Assembly (NCBI GenBank): GCA_045590195.1
Contig: JAZNQN010000044.1
Coordinates: forward strand, 19,186-83,185
Source: Clostridia bacterium
GTDB lineage: Bacteria > Bacillota > Clostridia > UMGS1883 > UMGS1540
DNA length: 64,000 bases
Direction of reading: 5' to 3'
Part shown: in pieces, positions 8,018 through 17,716 of the stretch
Position numbering within the stretch: the first letter of the stretch is position 1
Layout of the letters: every line of letters begins with the position of its first letter
The notes under the pieces: model-generated
Told to the model about the DNA's origin: nothing
What the model saw: only the letters and a program-made list of their open reading frames with translations
The model's database searches: none
Made by a program: the position numbers and the translations under genes

Positions 8018-9112
8018 ATGAATACTATAACTTCTGAACCTAAAATAGAAAAAAAGCGTATGCTTTTTATTGATATTCTTAAAACTATCGCAATTTTCGG
8101 CGTTTTAATAATTCATTTCACACCGAGAGCTTATACTGAATATTCTCCTTATTCATTTCAGTATATATTTACTGTTTTTATAAACTGCCTGGTACGCTTT
8201 AGTGTACCTGTTTTTGTAATGTGCAGCGGTACACTTTTTCTTGATGATAACAAATCAGTTTCAGTAAGGAGTATTTATAAAAAATACATACCACGTATAG
8301 TTATAGCCCTTTTCATTTTTGCGGTAATTTACGAAGGGTTTTCAATTTGTTGTTCTTTTCTTAATACGGGCGTTTGGGATACTGCTTTTTTTGTCACTGC
8401 CTTGAAAAACCTTTTAACCTTTAACACCCATTTTCACTTGTATTATCTTTACATAATTATAATTCTTTATGCTCTTACGCCAACAATTAAATTGTTTTTA
8501 AAATCTGCCAGGAAAAGAGATATTGAATATATAATTTTGTTTATTTTTATAACAAGCATTTTTCTGCCGTTTCTCAGAAACTTTTATCCTCTCGACCGCT
8601 ATTTCGGAGGTATGACTTTTCAGTACTCTTTAAATCTTGTATACAGCCTGATTGTTTACTACATACTTGGATACTATTTAAACAAATTCCCTCCAGAAGG
8701 CAAGAAATTTATTCTTACAATTGCACTTGGTATACTTAGTGTTTTTATAACATTTTTCGGCACAACAAACCGCCTTATTGAAAGCGGCTCTCTTTCCGAA
8801 ATTTATCTGCAGGGAACTTCGCCAACTGTATTTTTTATGTCGACAGCGCTGTTCTCTTCAGCAAAAAAACTAAGCAAAAATATCAGTGAACATTCTTTTG
8901 CATCAAGAATTTTTAAATTTATTTCAAAAGTAAGCTTTACAATTTATCTTGTACACGAGTGTTTTAATATTTTGTTTGAAAAACTTGGATTTACTATTTT
9001 TTGTATGAATCCTCTTATTTCTCTCCCTCTTTTGCTCATTTCAAACACAATACTTTCATCACTTGCATATCTGATTTTAAGAAAAATTCCAGGCATTAAA
9101 AGTATTTTGTAA
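8018..9112 (+). CDS. Acyltransferase-3 family integral membrane protein (O-acyltransferase type)
   Basis: About 10 hydrophobic helices. N-terminal FIDILKTIAIFGVLIIHF is typical of the family. This is a family-level call from memory. Confidence 0.55.
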   Translation: MNTITSEPKIEKKRMLFIDILKTIAIFGVLIIHFTPRAYTEYSPYSFQYIFTVFINCLVRFSVPVFVMCSGTLFLDDNKSVSVRSIYKKYIPRIVIALFIFAVIYEGFSICCSFLNTGVWDTAFFVTALKNLLTFNTHFHLYYLYIIIILYALTPTIKLFLKSARKRDIEYIILFIFITSIFLPFLRNFYPLDRYFGGMTFQYSLNLVYSLIVYYILGYYLNKFPPEGKKFILTIALGILSVFITFFGTTNRLIESGSLSEIYLQGTSPTVFFMSTALFSSAKKLSKNISEHSFASRIFKFISKVSFTIYLVHECFNILFEKLGFTIFCMNPLISLPLLLISNTILSSLAYLILRKIPGIKSIL

Positions 9113-9126
9113 TAAAAGCAAATCTA

Positions 9127-9155
9127 TTGACAAAATATGATATTTTTTATATAAT
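9127..9155 (+). promoter_or_regulatory. Perfect consensus sigma-A promoter
   Basis: TTGACA (9127-9132), a 17-nt spacer and TATAAT (9150-9155). Confidence 0.7.
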
Positions 9156-9293
9156 TAAGTATATTTTTCGAAATGTGGTGATTTTATTTTTTTACCAAGA
9201 TTTAATGTAACGGTTTCTTCGTCTGTTCATAATAAGACGGCAACCGATTGCTTTTACATAAACGGTTCATGCCCGCCCGGCGGCTCAAAAATT

Positions 9294-10196
9294 ATGACAA
9301 AACCTGTTCTTCGCAGCGTTAACGGGAAAAATCTTGTTTTTGCAGTTTCTGATAGTCTTTGCGTTTCAGAAGATATTCCAACACCTTCTCATACGCTTTG
9401 TACTATGCTAAAAAAATATCACGATAAGCTTGCTGAAGCAAATGTTGAACAGCTTGATGCAGTAATGCGTGATTTTGCAACAGATTTAAACGGAGAAATA
9501 AGCGTTATTGCTTCTGCTTCATCTTATAAAGACTACGCTTCCTCTCTTTCTCTTCTCACTGTAAACGGCGGCGTTGCAACAGTTACAAATGTTGGTAATA
9601 CTTCAGCTTTTTTAATGCGTGATGGTCAGCTTACTGAGCTTGCCTCGCCAAATGTTGCAAAATTGCATAAGGCTATCGTTCCAGGAAACGGAAATATGAT
9701 TGGAAATTTCAGAAGTGGCGAAACTTTAACGCCCGACCTTTCCGATTCATACGAAATTGTAAAAAACGATGTTTTCCTTCTTTGCTCTGATGGGCTTACT
9801 TCAGCACTTAATCAGCAAAGAATTTCATACATACTTTCACTTGATTTATCTGATGAGCGCCTTGCTACAAGGCTTGTAAGCGAAGCCCTCGCCCGCGGTG
9901 CAAACGATGATATAACTGTAATGATTATAAGAAATGGAGCAACACCTTATTCTTCGCCCAAGAAGAGAAAAACTGCTGTATCGCTTTGTTTTGGGGTTAT
10001 TTTACTTGCAGTTTTTGTTGCATTTATAACTTCATCATTCAAATCCTGTTCCAAAAAACCTGAAATTTCAAATGAAGGAGCAACTATCACAGAAACTGCA
10101 TCGCCGAAGCCTGATGAGTTTATGACTTCAGAAAACGATGCTTCTCCCACCCCGGTACCAACAGACGATTTTATTCTGCGAACACCAAAACCATAA
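9294..10196 (+). CDS. PP2C-like domain protein with degenerate metal-binding motifs, C-terminal TM helix and Pro/Thr/Ser-rich tail
   Basis: VTNVGNTSAFLMRDGQLTEL corresponds to canonical NVGDSR..R.G....T. Also FLLCSDGLTSAL, GANDDITVMIIR and the TM helix VSLCFGVILLAVFVAFITSSF. The start codon is uncertain (see findings). Confidence 0.6.
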   Translation: MTKPVLRSVNGKNLVFAVSDSLCVSEDIPTPSHTLCTMLKKYHDKLAEANVEQLDAVMRDFATDLNGEISVIASASSYKDYASSLSLLTVNGGVATVTNVGNTSAFLMRDGQLTELASPNVAKLHKAIVPGNGNMIGNFRSGETLTPDLSDSYEIVKNDVFLLCSDGLTSALNQQRISYILSLDLSDERLATRLVSEALARGANDDITVMIIRNGATPYSSPKKRKTAVSLCFGVILLAVFVAFITSSFKSCSKKPEISNEGATITETASPKPDEFMTSENDASPTPVPTDDFILRTPKP

Positions 10197-10200
10197 ATTT

Positions 10201-10230
10201 AAAGCTGAGCAAAATTTGCTCAGCTTTTTT
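10201..10230. terminator. Bidirectional terminator between the PP2C-like gene and yunB
   Basis: AAAGCTGAGC / GCTCAGCTTT stem flanked by an A-run and a T-run. Confidence 0.8.
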
Positions 10231-10918
10231 AATCGCCATCCGGCAAAAGGTTTAAAACTGCGTCCTGAGGGTCGCTTTGCCCTGTAACATTAGTATATGT
10301 TCCCGGTACTCCTCCAACAATTATTGTTTCCGCAATCGGTATCTGGGTTTTAACAGAAGTACTTTTTGAGCTGATTGGAAGAAGCACTGAGATTGTCATA
10401 CTTATTTCAAGATAAATTTCGTGTTTCGTTTGGTTAATACCGGCAGAAGTAAACTCATTTTTAACATCAATTCCGGCGTAACCAACAGGTACCATTTTTA
10501 TTTTAATTTTAGGCCCAAGGCCTGAAAACATACTTTGATTTAAAAGATTTCCAAGCGGTATTTTCGTAGTCATAAGGTCAATATCGCTTACCTTTTTTTC
10601 AACTTCCATAGCAATAGTTGACTTGAGTCTGTTTATCTCAACAACATTCGAAGTAACCGCAGCAACATTGTTTTCTCCATTTTTCTGAAAAGATACAAGG
10701 TCGCTGTATTTAATATCCGAATTTGCCATTATATCGTTTACAACATTTGCAATAACTCTTACTGCAACGCTTTTTGCCCGAGAAGATGCAACTTCGTTTA
10801 TTATTGGCCTCATTCGTACTTCGAAAATTGTAAATGAAATTATTGTACAAATCAGAAAAATGCAGAAAAATATGTAAAGCCATTTTTTCCTACTGCTTCG
10901 CCGATATTTCTTAGCCAC
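10229..10918 (-). CDS. yunB: Sporulation protein YunB-like
   Basis: N-terminal TM helix plus IPLGNLL...GLGPKIKIKMVPVG...FTSAGINQTKHEIYLEI...AETIIVGGVP, the pattern I recall for the YunB family. Confidence 0.6.
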   Translation of the reverse strand: MAKKYRRSSRKKWLYIFFCIFLICTIISFTIFEVRMRPIINEVASSRAKSVAVRVIANVVNDIMANSDIKYSDLVSFQKNGENNVAAVTSNVVEINRLKSTIAMEVEKKVSDIDLMTTKIPLGNLLNQSMFSGLGPKIKIKMVPVGYAGIDVKNEFTSAGINQTKHEIYLEISMTISVLLPISSKSTSVKTQIPIAETIIVGGVPGTYTNVTGQSDPQDAVLNLLPDGD

Positions 10919-10964
10919 AAAGCATCACCATTTTTATTCTATTCAGCAAATTTTCTTTTCGTTA

Positions 10965-11001
10965 CAAAAAACCGCCTGCAGAACAAACTTTCCGCAAACG
11001 G
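10965..11001 (-). terminator. Terminator after the radical-SAM gene
   Basis: In the minus-strand RNA, CCGUUUGC pairs with GCAGGCGG (with G-U pairs) and is followed by UUUUUUG. Confidence 0.55.
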
Positions 11002-11964
11002 TTATTCTTCGTAAAACTCAAGTTTTACTTTGTATTTATTTTCAATATAATCTGCATTGCATCGCTTTTGTCCCAAATACTGGGAAAGTTTACCCTTGGG
11101 AACCTTCATTGAAATTACTTTTTCGCTAGAATTTTTCACAAATTCTTCAATTTCATCGCGTAAAATTCTCGCCCTGACCATTTCGCCCATAGCGCTATGA
11201 TATCCGCCTGCCAGAATTTCATCGCCAAGAGTATCTGTTTCCTGAAGACCTACCCTTATAACGTTAACGCCGCCGCTTTCTAAAATTTTAACAGCCTTTG
11301 CAGAAATTTCAACTGCTTCAGTAATGCTAAGTGGCTTATATTCGCTATATTTATACATTTCGCCAAGCTTTGTGTGTTTCAATACACAAGTTGGATATAC
11401 CCTCGCCTCGTCAGCACCAAGCCTCACAATTTCATTTGCTGTGAAAATAGTTTTTTCTTCTGTATCTCCGGGAAGACCGGGCATCATCTGAAGACCAAGA
11501 ATAAAGCCGTGTTTTTTAATAAGCTTTGCCGCATTTTCGGCATCTTTTGCACTATGGCCTCTGTTTGATAATTTAAGTACATCATCACACATCGACTGGA
11601 CACCAAGTTCAATATTTGTAACACCGTAATTTTTCAGCATTATCAGTATGTCTTCAGTTATATAATCAGGCCTTGTAGAAAGCCTTATGCCATCAACAAT
11701 TCCTCTGTCAACATATTCTTTTGCAACAGAAAGATATTCTTTTTGTTTTTCGGTTTCTATTCCCGTAAAACTTCCACCGAAAAAAGCAATAAGTGCTTTT
11801 CTGTTTTTCAAAAAACTCAGAAATGTATCAATAGTCGATTTAACATTTTCGGCAGTAGGCTCGCTTTTTTCTCCTGTGATTGAGTGCTGATTGCAAAAAA
11901 CGCAGTCATTTTTACAACCAAAATGCGGAATAAAAACCGGAATATTCGAATACTTTTCACTCAT
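11002..11964 (-). CDS. Radical SAM protein (ELP3-like / COG1243-type)
   Basis: FIPHFGCKNDCVFCNQ carries the CxxxCxxC motif close to the N-terminus. The gene is directly coupled to rnc (1-nt overlap). Confidence 0.6.
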   Translation of the reverse strand: MSEKYSNIPVFIPHFGCKNDCVFCNQHSITGEKSEPTAENVKSTIDTFLSFLKNRKALIAFFGGSFTGIETEKQKEYLSVAKEYVDRGIVDGIRLSTRPDYITEDILIMLKNYGVTNIELGVQSMCDDVLKLSNRGHSAKDAENAAKLIKKHGFILGLQMMPGLPGDTEEKTIFTANEIVRLGADEARVYPTCVLKHTKLGEMYKYSEYKPLSITEAVEISAKAVKILESGGVNVIRVGLQETDTLGDEILAGGYHSAMGEMVRARILRDEIEEFVKNSSEKVISMKVPKGKLSQYLGQKRCNADYIENKYKVKLEFYEE

Positions 11965-12653
11965 CAGTTTATAACCCCAAACTCGGAAAGTGCCTTTTTT
12001 GCGGCAAGCTGTTCAGAATCTTTTTTAGTTCTGCCAACTCCGCGCTTAAACTCCTTGTTGTCAATTAAAAGAGAAGTTGTAAAAACCTTATTGTGGTCAG
12101 GCCCTTCTTCCAAAATGAGCTTATATGTTATTTTGCCGCCGTTTCTGCCCTGAATATATTCCTGAAGCGCAGTTTTATAATCAGAAATGTGCTTTCCGCC
12201 AAGAGCCTCTGCAATCTGCGGCTTTAATCTTTCAAGAACAAACTCCTCGGCACACTCAAATCCGCCATCAAGATACAAAGCGGCAATCAAAGCCTCCAGA
12301 GCGTCGGCCAAAATTGAAGGACGTTCTCTTCCGCCTGTCATTTCTTCGCCTTTGCCAAGATATATATATTCGCCAAGGTTTATTTCCTGAGCACATTCAG
12401 CAAGTGAGCGCTCGCAAACAATATTTGCTCTTGTTTTCGACATTTCGCCCTCTGCCAGAGTATTCAGAGAAAAAAGATATTTACTTATAACAAGGCTTAA
12501 AACCGAGTCGCCAAGAAATTCCATTCTCTCGTTATAAGGCGATTTTCCATGCATTTCATTTGCATACGAAGAATGAGTGAGCGCAGTTTTAAGAAGCGAC
12601 ATATTTTTAAATTCGTGATTTGTAATTTGCAAAAATATTTTCTTTAAATCCAC
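11964..12653 (-). CDS. rnc: Ribonuclease III
   Basis: Signature ERMEFLGDSVL, ALTHSSYANE and a C-terminal dsRNA-binding domain. Confidence 0.95.
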   Translation of the reverse strand: MDLKKIFLQITNHEFKNMSLLKTALTHSSYANEMHGKSPYNERMEFLGDSVLSLVISKYLFSLNTLAEGEMSKTRANIVCERSLAECAQEINLGEYIYLGKGEEMTGGRERPSILADALEALIAALYLDGGFECAEEFVLERLKPQIAEALGGKHISDYKTALQEYIQGRNGGKITYKLILEEGPDHNKVFTTSLLIDNKEFKRGVGRTKKDSEQLAAKKALSEFGVIN

Positions 12654-12674
12654 ATTGCAAACCTTCCTTCTGAA

Positions 12675-12711
12675 AAATCAAAAATAAATCCACACCTTGC
12701 AGTGTGGATTT
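12675..12711 (-). terminator. Terminator after acpP
   Basis: AAATCCACAC / GTGTGGATTT stem. On the minus strand it is followed by AUUUUUGAUUUUU. Confidence 0.75.
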
Positions 12712-12715
12712 AAAA

Positions 12716-12946
12716 TTATTCGGCAATTGAACCGATATAGTCTACAACATCTGCTACTGTTGAAATTTTTTCAGCAGCGTCATCGGGAATTTCAATTGAG
12801 AATTCTTCTTCAAAAGCCATAACAAGCTCTACAATATCAAGTGAATCCGCACCGAGTGTATCTACGAATGAAGCATCCATAGTAACTTTGTCTTCGGAAA
12901 CTCCAAGCTGGTCAACGATAATTGCTTTAACTTTATCAAATACCAC
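12716..12946 (-). CDS. acpP: Acyl carrier protein
   Basis: Phosphopantetheine site [19 protein letters not shown]. The start is placed at the second in-frame GTG (12946), 6 nt after GGAGGTG. The ORF-track start at 12955 lies inside the RBS. Confidence 0.9.
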   Translation of the reverse strand: MVFDKVKAIIVDQLGVSEDKVTMDASFVDTLGADSLDIVELVMAFEEEFSIEIPDDAAEKISTVADVVDYIGSIAE

Positions 12947-13970
12947 TATCTGCACCTCCTTCTTCTACAGCCGAGTATTTTGCCATTTCTTCCTGAAGCT
13001 TTAATATAAAGTCGCTTTTTGCAAAAGCATCTGCCTGCTTTATTGTATGCATTATAGTTTTTGCATCACTTGTTCCGTGAGCTTTAATAACGCATTTTGT
13101 AACTCCAAGGAAAGGCGCACCGCCATATTCTTTGTAATCCATTTTTTTCTTAAGTTTATAAATACCTTTTTTAAGCATCAAAGCTGCAAGTTTTGAAACA
13201 ATACCGCTTAAAAAAAGTTCTTTAACATTTTTGAAAAGCACAAGACCAGTGCCTTCAGTTGCCTTGAGAAGAATGTTTCCTGAAAAACCATCGCACACAA
13301 CTACATCGCACGCGCCCATCACAGGATCTCTTCCCTCAACATTGCCAACAAAATTAAGGCCGCTGTTTTGTAAAAGTTCATAAGCTTCTTTAACAAGCTC
13401 GTTACCCTTACCGGCTTCAGCACCAATATTTAAAAGGCCGATTTCAGGGTTTTCTTTTCCTAAAACCCTTTGTGCATAAATTGAGCCCATAATTGCAAAT
13501 TCAAGCAGGTTTTTGGGTTTACAGTTTGTGTTTGCACCTGTATCAACAATAATAAAATTATCTTTATCGCTTGGAAGAGTTGGCACAAGAGCAGGCCTTG
13601 AAACGCCCTCAATTCTTTTAAGAAAGTGAATAGCACCGGTTAAAAGAGCACCTGTGCTTCCGGCAGAAACTAAAGCATCTGCCTTCCCCTCTGCAAGCAG
13701 ATTAAAAGCACGAACCATGGAAGAATCTTTTTTAGTTCTGATGGCCGAGGTGGGTTTATCATCGTTTGTAATTACCTCGGTTGCATTTATAATTTCAATT
13801 TTTTCTTTGTCATATTTTTCGTTTGCAAGGATATCGGAAATAGTTTTTTCTTCGCCTACAACTAAAATTTTACCGTCAATAACCAAAGAAGCCATAGCAG
13901 CTCCACGAACTATTTCCTTTGGGGCATTGTCGCCGCCCATTGCGTCAATCGCAATAACCATAACAATCAC
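12936..13970 (-). CDS. plsX: Phosphate acyltransferase PlsX
   Basis: N-terminal [11 protein letters not shown] and full-length colinearity with the PlsX pattern (GSTGA, HGTS). Confidence 0.9.
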   Translation of the reverse strand: MIVMVIAIDAMGGDNAPKEIVRGAAMASLVIDGKILVVGEEKTISDILANEKYDKEKIEIINATEVITNDDKPTSAIRTKKDSSMVRAFNLLAEGKADALVSAGSTGALLTGAIHFLKRIEGVSRPALVPTLPSDKDNFIIVDTGANTNCKPKNLLEFAIMGSIYAQRVLGKENPEIGLLNIGAEAGKGNELVKEAYELLQNSGLNFVGNVEGRDPVMGACDVVVCDGFSGNILLKATEGTGLVLFKNVKELFLSGIVSKLAALMLKKGIYKLKKKMDYKEYGGAPFLGVTKCVIKAHGTSDAKTIMHTIKQADAFAKSDFILKLQEEMAKYSAVEEGGADSGI

Positions 13971-14138
13971 CTCACTACATACTATTTAGGTATTATACCT
14001 TAAATACGCCAATTTTGCAAGAGAATTTTACAAAAAAATTAAAATCCGGTAACAAAAAAAGTTTTTTACCTATTTATATAACGATTTTTGTTGATTAAAT
14101 TTTCTTTTTCTGTTATACTGTATTATGAGGTGTTTTTT

Positions 14139-17100
14139 GTGTATTTAAAAAAACTAGAAATGCAGGGGTTTAAATCTTTTGTTGATAAAATCTCGCTTGA
14201 TTTCGGTAACGGAATAACCGCCATTGTTGGCCCGAACGGCAGCGGAAAAAGTAATATTTCCGATGCTATACGCTGGGTTTTAGGCGAGCAGAGCATTAAA
14301 ACTTTGCGCGGAAGCAAAATGGAAGATGTTATTTTTGCCGGAACCGAAAAAAGAAAGCCTACCGGCTTTGCCGAGGTTTCGTTAACACTTGATAACTCTG
14401 AAAGAATTTTTGATATTGACTATAATGAAATAACTGTTACACGAAGAGTTTACAGAAGCGGTGAAAGCGAATACTTTATAAACCGTGCAATTTGTCGCCT
14501 TCGTGATATTGCCGAACTTTTTATGGATACAGGCCTTGGTAAAGACGGGTATTCCATAATAGGCCAGGGTAAAATTGATGCGATAGTATCAGGAAAGCCT
14601 GAAGAACGCCGCAAAATTTTTGAAGAAGCGGCAGGTGTTTCAAAATTTAAATACAAAAAAATTCAGGCTGAGCATAAACTCGCCCAGACAGAGGACAACC
14701 TTGAAAGAGTACTTGATATTGCAGGCGAGCTTGAAAGCAGGCTCTCCCCTCTTAAAAAACAATCAGAAAAAGCTACGCGGTATCTTGAACTTCGTGACAA
14801 ACTTACTCAGCTTGACATAAATCTTTATGTTGAAAAAATTACACACCTCACAAAATCACTTGAACAGCAGAGAGAAAAACTTTCTTTCCACATAAAAGAA
14901 CTTGAAACTGAAAATGCGCTTTATGAGCAGTTTCAGGAAAAAGAGGCACAGTTTTATTCAGAAACCGCTGAAGTTGAGCTTAACTTATCAAACCTTCGCG
15001 AAGCGTTACATAAAACCCAGATTTCTCAAACAGAGCTTGCAGGCGAAATATCTCTTATTAAAAATAATATTAGTGATTTTGGCCGCAGAATTTCTGAAAC
15101 TGAAACTGAAATCAATATGATACTTGGCGACTTTTCCGGCGAAGATGCCAAAAAGGCAGAAATTGCCGCAGATATTGAAAAATATACTGCCGAAAAAAAT
15201 CGTCTGTTATCGGAGATTGACGGCATAAGCGAAAAAATTTCTGACATTTCTGCTGAAGTTGACCAGGTTAATTCTTCTCTTCAGCTTAAAATGCAGGAGG
15301 AAAACAACAAACAGCGTGAAATCGACTTGCTTCAGGGCAAAATTGCAACAATTGATGCACTTGATCAGAATTTCGATGAAAGGCTTGAAAAACTTACTCA
15401 GGCTGCAAACGATGCAAAGGCAAGCCATAATAGCGCAAAAGAAAAATATGATGAGTACGAAAAAGAAATAAATGATAAAAAAGCTCATCAGGCTAAGCTT
15501 TTGGAAACATCGAAAAAACTTGAAAGCGATGCCGAAGCCAAAAAAACTGAAATTTCACAGCTTAAAAATGAGTATAACGACTTAAATGACGAATATAATA
15601 AAAAGATGTCACGCCTGAATATTCTTACAGATATGGAAAAAAATCTTGACGGATTTGCACACGGCGTAAAAGCACTTTTAAAAAGTGATGTTTCAAAGGA
15701 ATATAATATTCACGGCATCTATTCAAAGCTTATTAAAACCGACGAAAAATATTTTACCGCAGTTGAAGTTGCCCTTGGAAATGCAATGCAAAACATAGTT
15801 GTTTCAACTGACAGCGATGCAAAAGCGGCAATAAGATACTTAAAAGGCGGAAATCATGGCCGTGTAACATTTTTGCCGGTATCATCTGTTAAAGGCAAAC
15901 GCGGAACATTTGAAGGCGAAATAAAATCGTGCCCGGGTTACCTTGGCCTTGTTTGCGACAAAATTGAATGTAGCGAGCAGTATCGCGAAATTACAGAGAG
16001 CTTATTAGGCCAAACTGCGCTTTTTGACAATATAGACAACGCCTTAAAAGCCGCAAAGCAATTTAACTATAAAATAAAAATTGTTACACTTGGCGGCGAG
16101 GCACTTCATCCCGGCGGTTCAATTTCCGGCGGAAGTGCACCAAAAAATTCAGGGCTTTTGGGCAGAGAAAGCGAAATTGCAAAGCTTACTGAAGTTTGCC
16201 GCAACCTCGAAAAGAAAATGGATAAAGCAGATGACAAAATTGCCGATTTCACCGATGAAATCCGCTCACTTTTAAAAGAACACGAGGTTTGCAGCGAAAA
16301 TCTTCGCAAAACAGGCGAAGAGATATTAAAGCTTATTGGTACACGCGAAATTCAATCGCACATTTTATCAAGAGAAGAATCGGAAATGGAAAAACTTTCC
16401 TCCGAACTTTCCCTTATTAAAAGAGCTGGCGAAAACAGCGCATCTGAAAAGAAACAGCTTCAATTACAAATTGATGCTGAAAACTTAAACAGGGAAAGAA
16501 TTAAAGCCGACGCAGAGCTTTTGCGTCAGCAAATAAGCGACCTTATCAAAAAACGTGAGAGCCTTAACTCAAAAACAGTTGAAATTCGTGTTAAAATTTC
16601 AACTCAGAATTCGCAAATCGAAATGTGTAATATGAAATCCGAAAACATTTCTGCCGAGCATCAGCGCCAGGAACAGCGAATTAAGCTTTTAAAATTCAGC
16701 ATTGAAGAAATGGAAAAGCGAATTTCCCAGCTTCAGGCTGAAATTAAAGTTAAAGAGCAAAATGTTGAAGAAAACAAGGCTTTAGCCGATAAATACGAAG
16801 GCGAAATTACAAGCATTATTTCTTCCAAGGCTGACAGTGACAAGGAAATTTCTGCTTTAAAGGAAAACATTCGGGTTCAGAACGAGAAATTAAACAATCT
16901 TAAAATTGCTTATGCAAGAATGGAAGATGGCATTTCTCACTCTGAGCAAAGCCTTGATGATGCAATTGGAAAGCTTTGGAGCGAATACGACATCAGCTTT
17001 TCTGAAGCGCAAAACCGTGCTACTGAAATTGACAATATTGAAGAAGCCAGGAAAACTGCAGGCACATTAAAAGCACAAATCCGTGCACTTGGTAATATAA

Positions 17101-17699
17101 ATGTTGAGGCAATTGAAGAGTACAAAGAAGTTTCAGAAAGATACGAGTTTTTGTCGAAACAAATTGAAGATTTAACAACTTCAAAAAATGAGCTCACTTC
17201 TCTTATCAGTGATACCGTTAAGAGTATGAACACAAGATTTATTACTGAATTTGAAAACATAAATCAGCATTTTGCAAATATTTTCCGAGAGCTTTTTGGT
17301 GGCGGTACTGCTGCACTCAGCCTTACCGACCCTACTAATATTGCCGAAACAGGAATTGAAATCAGCGTAAGGCCTCCGGGCAAAAAGCTTCAACGCCTAA
17401 GCCTTTTATCAGGCGGAGAAATGGCGCTTACTGCCATAGCAATTTTATTTGCAATTTTGAAAGTGCGCCCTACCCCATTTTGTATTCTTGACGAAATCGA
17501 GGCAGCACTTGACGACAACAACATTCAAAGATTTTGTAACTACATTAAAAACTTTTCAAACACTACTCAGTTTATCGTTGTAACTCATCGACGCGGAACA
17601 ATGGAAGCGGCTGATATTTTATATGGTGTTACAATGCAGGAGAAAGGCATTTCAAAACTTCTTTCGATGCGTCCCGATGAAGTAGAGGTTGAAAACTAA
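14139..17699 (+). CDS. smc: Chromosome partition protein Smc
   Basis: Walker A GPNGSGKSN, long coiled coils, a hinge, signature LSGGE and Walker B FCILDEIEAALD. The start is moved to the in-frame GTG at 14139 preceded by GAGGTG, giving VYLKKLEMQGFKSF. Confidence 0.95.
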   Translation: MYLKKLEMQGFKSFVDKISLDFGNGITAIVGPNGSGKSNISDAIRWVLGEQSIKTLRGSKMEDVIFAGTEKRKPTGFAEVSLTLDNSERIFDIDYNEITVTRRVYRSGESEYFINRAICRLRDIAELFMDTGLGKDGYSIIGQGKIDAIVSGKPEERRKIFEEAAGVSKFKYKKIQAEHKLAQTEDNLERVLDIAGELESRLSPLKKQSEKATRYLELRDKLTQLDINLYVEKITHLTKSLEQQREKLSFHIKELETENALYEQFQEKEAQFYSETAEVELNLSNLREALHKTQISQTELAGEISLIKNNISDFGRRISETETEINMILGDFSGEDAKKAEIAADIEKYTAEKNRLLSEIDGISEKISDISAEVDQVNSSLQLKMQEENNKQREIDLLQGKIATIDALDQNFDERLEKLTQAANDAKASHNSAKEKYDEYEKEINDKKAHQAKLLETSKKLESDAEAKKTEISQLKNEYNDLNDEYNKKMSRLNILTDMEKNLDGFAHGVKALLKSDVSKEYNIHGIYSKLIKTDEKYFTAVEVALGNAMQNIVVSTDSDAKAAIRYLKGGNHGRVTFLPVSSVKGKRGTFEGEIKSCPGYLGLVCDKIECSEQYREITESLLGQTALFDNIDNALKAAKQFNYKIKIVTLGGEALHPGGSISGGSAPKNSGLLGRESEIAKLTEVCRNLEKKMDKADDKIADFTDEIRSLLKEHEVCSENLRKTGEEILKLIGTREIQSHILSREESEMEKLSSELSLIKRAGENSASEKKQLQLQIDAENLNRERIKADAELLRQQISDLIKKRESLNSKTVEIRVKISTQNSQIEMCNMKSENISAEHQRQEQRIKLLKFSIEEMEKRISQLQAEIKVKEQNVEENKALADKYEGEITSIISSKADSDKEISALKENIRVQNEKLNNLKIAYARMEDGISHSEQSLDDAIGKLWSEYDISFSEAQNRATEIDNIEEARKTAGTLKAQIRALGNINVEAIEEYKEVSERYEFLSKQIEDLTTSKNELTSLISDTVKSMNTRFITEFENINQHFANIFRELFGGGTAALSLTDPTNIAETGIEISVRPPGKKLQRLSLLSGGEMALTAIAILFAILKVRPTPFCILDEIEAALDDNNIQRFCNYIKNFSNTTQFIVVTHRRGTMEAADILYGVTMQEKGISKLLSMRPDEVEVEN

Positions 17700-17716
17700 G
17701 CCGAAAGGAAAAAATT

